A stretch of 64,000 bases of DNA from Podarcis bocagei (Eukaryota). Made by a program: the position numbers and the translations under genes. The stretch lies in NCBI GenBank assembly GCA_964188305.1, contig OZ076885.1; one strand, 5' to 3'. The notes beneath the pieces are model-generated. The model was not told where the DNA came from and ran no database searches. It saw nothing but the letters and a program-made list of their open reading frames with translations. Below, one piece after another: positions 62,240 to 64,000 of this stretch. Within the stretch, counting starts at the first letter, position 1, and each line of letters starts with the position of its first letter.

Positions 62240-62593
62240 CAGTGGTGCCTCGCAAGACGAAATTAATTCGTTCCGTGAGTTTTTTCGTCTAGCGAATTTT
62301 TCGTCTTGCGAAGCACGGTGTCGGAAAAGTTTTGGAAAAGCTTCAAAAATCACCAAAAACCTCAAAAAAGGCTACCACACCGCGTTCTATGAGTTGCTCC
62401 TCGAAGTCAAGTCGCAACTGTATTAACGATGTTAAGAAAAAGGAAACAAACTTGCAAAAAACGCAAGACATTTTCGTCTTGCGAAGCAAGCCCATAGGGA
62501 AATTTGTCTTGCGAAGCAGCTCAAAAACCGCAAAACCCTTTCGTCTAGCGAGTTTTTCGTCTTGCGAGGCATTCGTCTTGCGGGGCACCACTG
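62240..62593. mobile_element. Tc1/mariner (Tigger-like) MITE, CGCAAGACGAA family
   Basis: TIR CAGTGGTGCCTCGCAAGACGAA / TTCGTCTTGCGGGGCACCACTG; TA TSD. Confidence 0.9.
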
Positions 62594-62774
62594 TATTGTT
62601 TTGAGAACAGTGAATTAGGTAGGCTTGCACTGAAATGCAAACAAAAATACTCTGTCTTAATACCCTGTCTTAATAGCAGTATGAACTCATAGAAAGCAGA
62701 CAGATAGACAAACCACTTTCCAAAATATATAGTATATGTGCCATGTATCATTGGTACAGTGTTCAAGAACATGT

Positions 62775-63598
62775 TGTCATGTGACAAAGGTCTTTGAGAG
62801 CAGAAGCAGTAAAGTGTAGAAAGTGTTGAAAAGTGCTGAAAAGTGCAGATTCTTTCAGCTAGCTGACTCACTCTGACTCATCCTCTAGATCAGTGTTTCC
62901 CAACCTTTTTTGGGCAAAGGCACACTTGTTTGATGAAAAAAATCTCGAGGCACACCACCATTACAGCCCCGTGACGTCAGCGCACAGCGTCACGCCGGGA
63001 GGGACGCACGAAAGTGTAAGTTTCAATTTTTTTCCCTCCCCCTTGCCGGGGAACCTCCAAGCTTTGGGGGGGGGAGGAGGCAGCAAAGCGAGGCAGGAAG
63101 GAGAGCGCGGCTTGGCTGGGTGAGCTTTGGCAGGGGCAGGGAATGAGAGCCGCGAGGTGGGCGCTGTGGACGGAGGCGCTGCCCGCCGAGCTCGCAGGCA
63201 GCCAGGCAGGCAGACGGCGAGAGCCCCGCGCTGGGCGGCCTCTCCTCGCCACCGCCGCCCCGCCTCTCGCCGCCCGACTCGCCCGCCTCCCTCCAGGCAA
63301 CATCTCGCGGCACACCAGGCAACATCTCACGGCACACTAGTGTGCCGCGGAACACTGGTTGGGAAACACTGCTCTAGATGACTCATTCCTTGTACAAATA
63401 TTGTATCTTTTACAGGAAGACACAAGGAGCCAGGAAGGATAAATACAATGGGCTCTGTGTGATCTCCAGCCTAGACTAATCTTCTTTCGTTTTACCTTGC
63501 TCTCCTACATTATGTGTTTGTAAAGAAGTATGTTTTGCCTCAGTAAAGTTTTATTCATTTACTGTGAAGACTCTGCATTTTGACTTTGCTGTGCGACA
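62775..63598 (+). mobile_element. Solo LTR, second family (copy D), with nested hAT MITE
   Basis: TGTCATGTGACAAAGG...GCTGTGCGACA; perfect 5-bp TSD CATGT. Confidence 0.88.
62891..63371. mobile_element. Young CpG-rich hAT (Charlie-like) non-autonomous element nested in solo LTR copy D
   Basis: Perfect TIR CAGTGTTTCCCAACC / GGTTGGGAAACACTG; perfect 8-bp TSD CTCTAGAT (NTCTAGAN type). Confidence 0.93.
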
Positions 63599-64000
63599 CA
63601 TGTCCATGAGTAGAAAATAGTATTTTGGACAAGCAAATCAAAAGCCATAGAGACAAAGTAAAAACCTATTTTAATACAGGCAGTCTCATGCTACATCAAA
63701 CAAGATTTCTAAAATGGTTCTGGGTCTCACAAGATTCTTGCTATAGACTGAGAAGAATAAATCAGACTGCTGTCTGGGTAAGGAGCACCCAATAGGAATG
63801 AAACTGTCAACAGGCCTCTCGGGTATAGCCAATCAGTTGACATCACTGTGGTTACACAAAATTATGGAAAAATGAACACCTCTTATCACAAAATGCAATC
63901 TTATAAAAGGAGACATGTCTGGTGATTACAGAGTTAATTATAGTTTATTCTATTTATTATCATTTTCTGAGAAAATACAATAGAAACCTGGGCCTAAATT

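Noticed and set aside
61661-62266. 201-aa ORF
   Set aside because: Runs across three unrelated repeats; chance open frame.
62893-63381. Second CpG-island-like region with Arg/Ala-rich ORFs
   Set aside because: Lies wholly inside a hAT element with perfect TIRs and TSD.
1-64000. Hammerhead ribozyme cores, tRNA/rRNA genes, known miRNA hairpins, CRISPR arrays
   Set aside because: The CTGA(T/A)GA hits inspected lack a following stem and GAAA; tRNA-like boxes belong to SINE heads; short repeats are MITE-internal or microsatellites. This was a by-eye scan only, so an Infernal/Rfam search is needed to exclude these fully.

Overview
Vertebrate genomic DNA, most likely a lacertid lizard (inferred from Sauria/POM-type SINEs, Bov-B and squamate MITEs). 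I could not recognise any host protein-coding exon, so the window looks intronic or intergenic, with one 522-nt assembly gap (29645-30166). The main feature is a very young, full-length Ty3/Gypsy chromovirus of the Tf1/sushi type on the minus strand (1753-7223). It has 408-bp LTRs that look identical, a CACAT target-site duplication (TSD), an 11-nt self-priming primer-binding site (PBS), a -1 frameshift heptamer followed by an H-type pseudoknot, and an intact PR-RT-RH-IN-chromodomain pol. One +1 frame break interrupts gag. The best candidate for something undescribed is the integrase tail. After the chromodomain it carries two helix/acidic-linker/(F,L)xGF motifs that match the LEDGF-IBD / TFIIS-N-domain-interacting motif, then reads through the polypurine tract (PPT) and all of the predicted U3 of the 3' LTR. 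This suggests integration targeting by mimicry of host transcription-elongation motifs. Other notable items: four solo LTRs of a second family, three independently hit by hAT MITEs and one also carrying a tailless 33-nt U1 snRNA retrocopy; and two diverged, possibly Ngaro/DIRS-like repeats that keep the same bulged 20-bp long-range stem. The rest is SINEs, LINE fragments, Tc1/mariner and hAT MITEs, and microsatellites.
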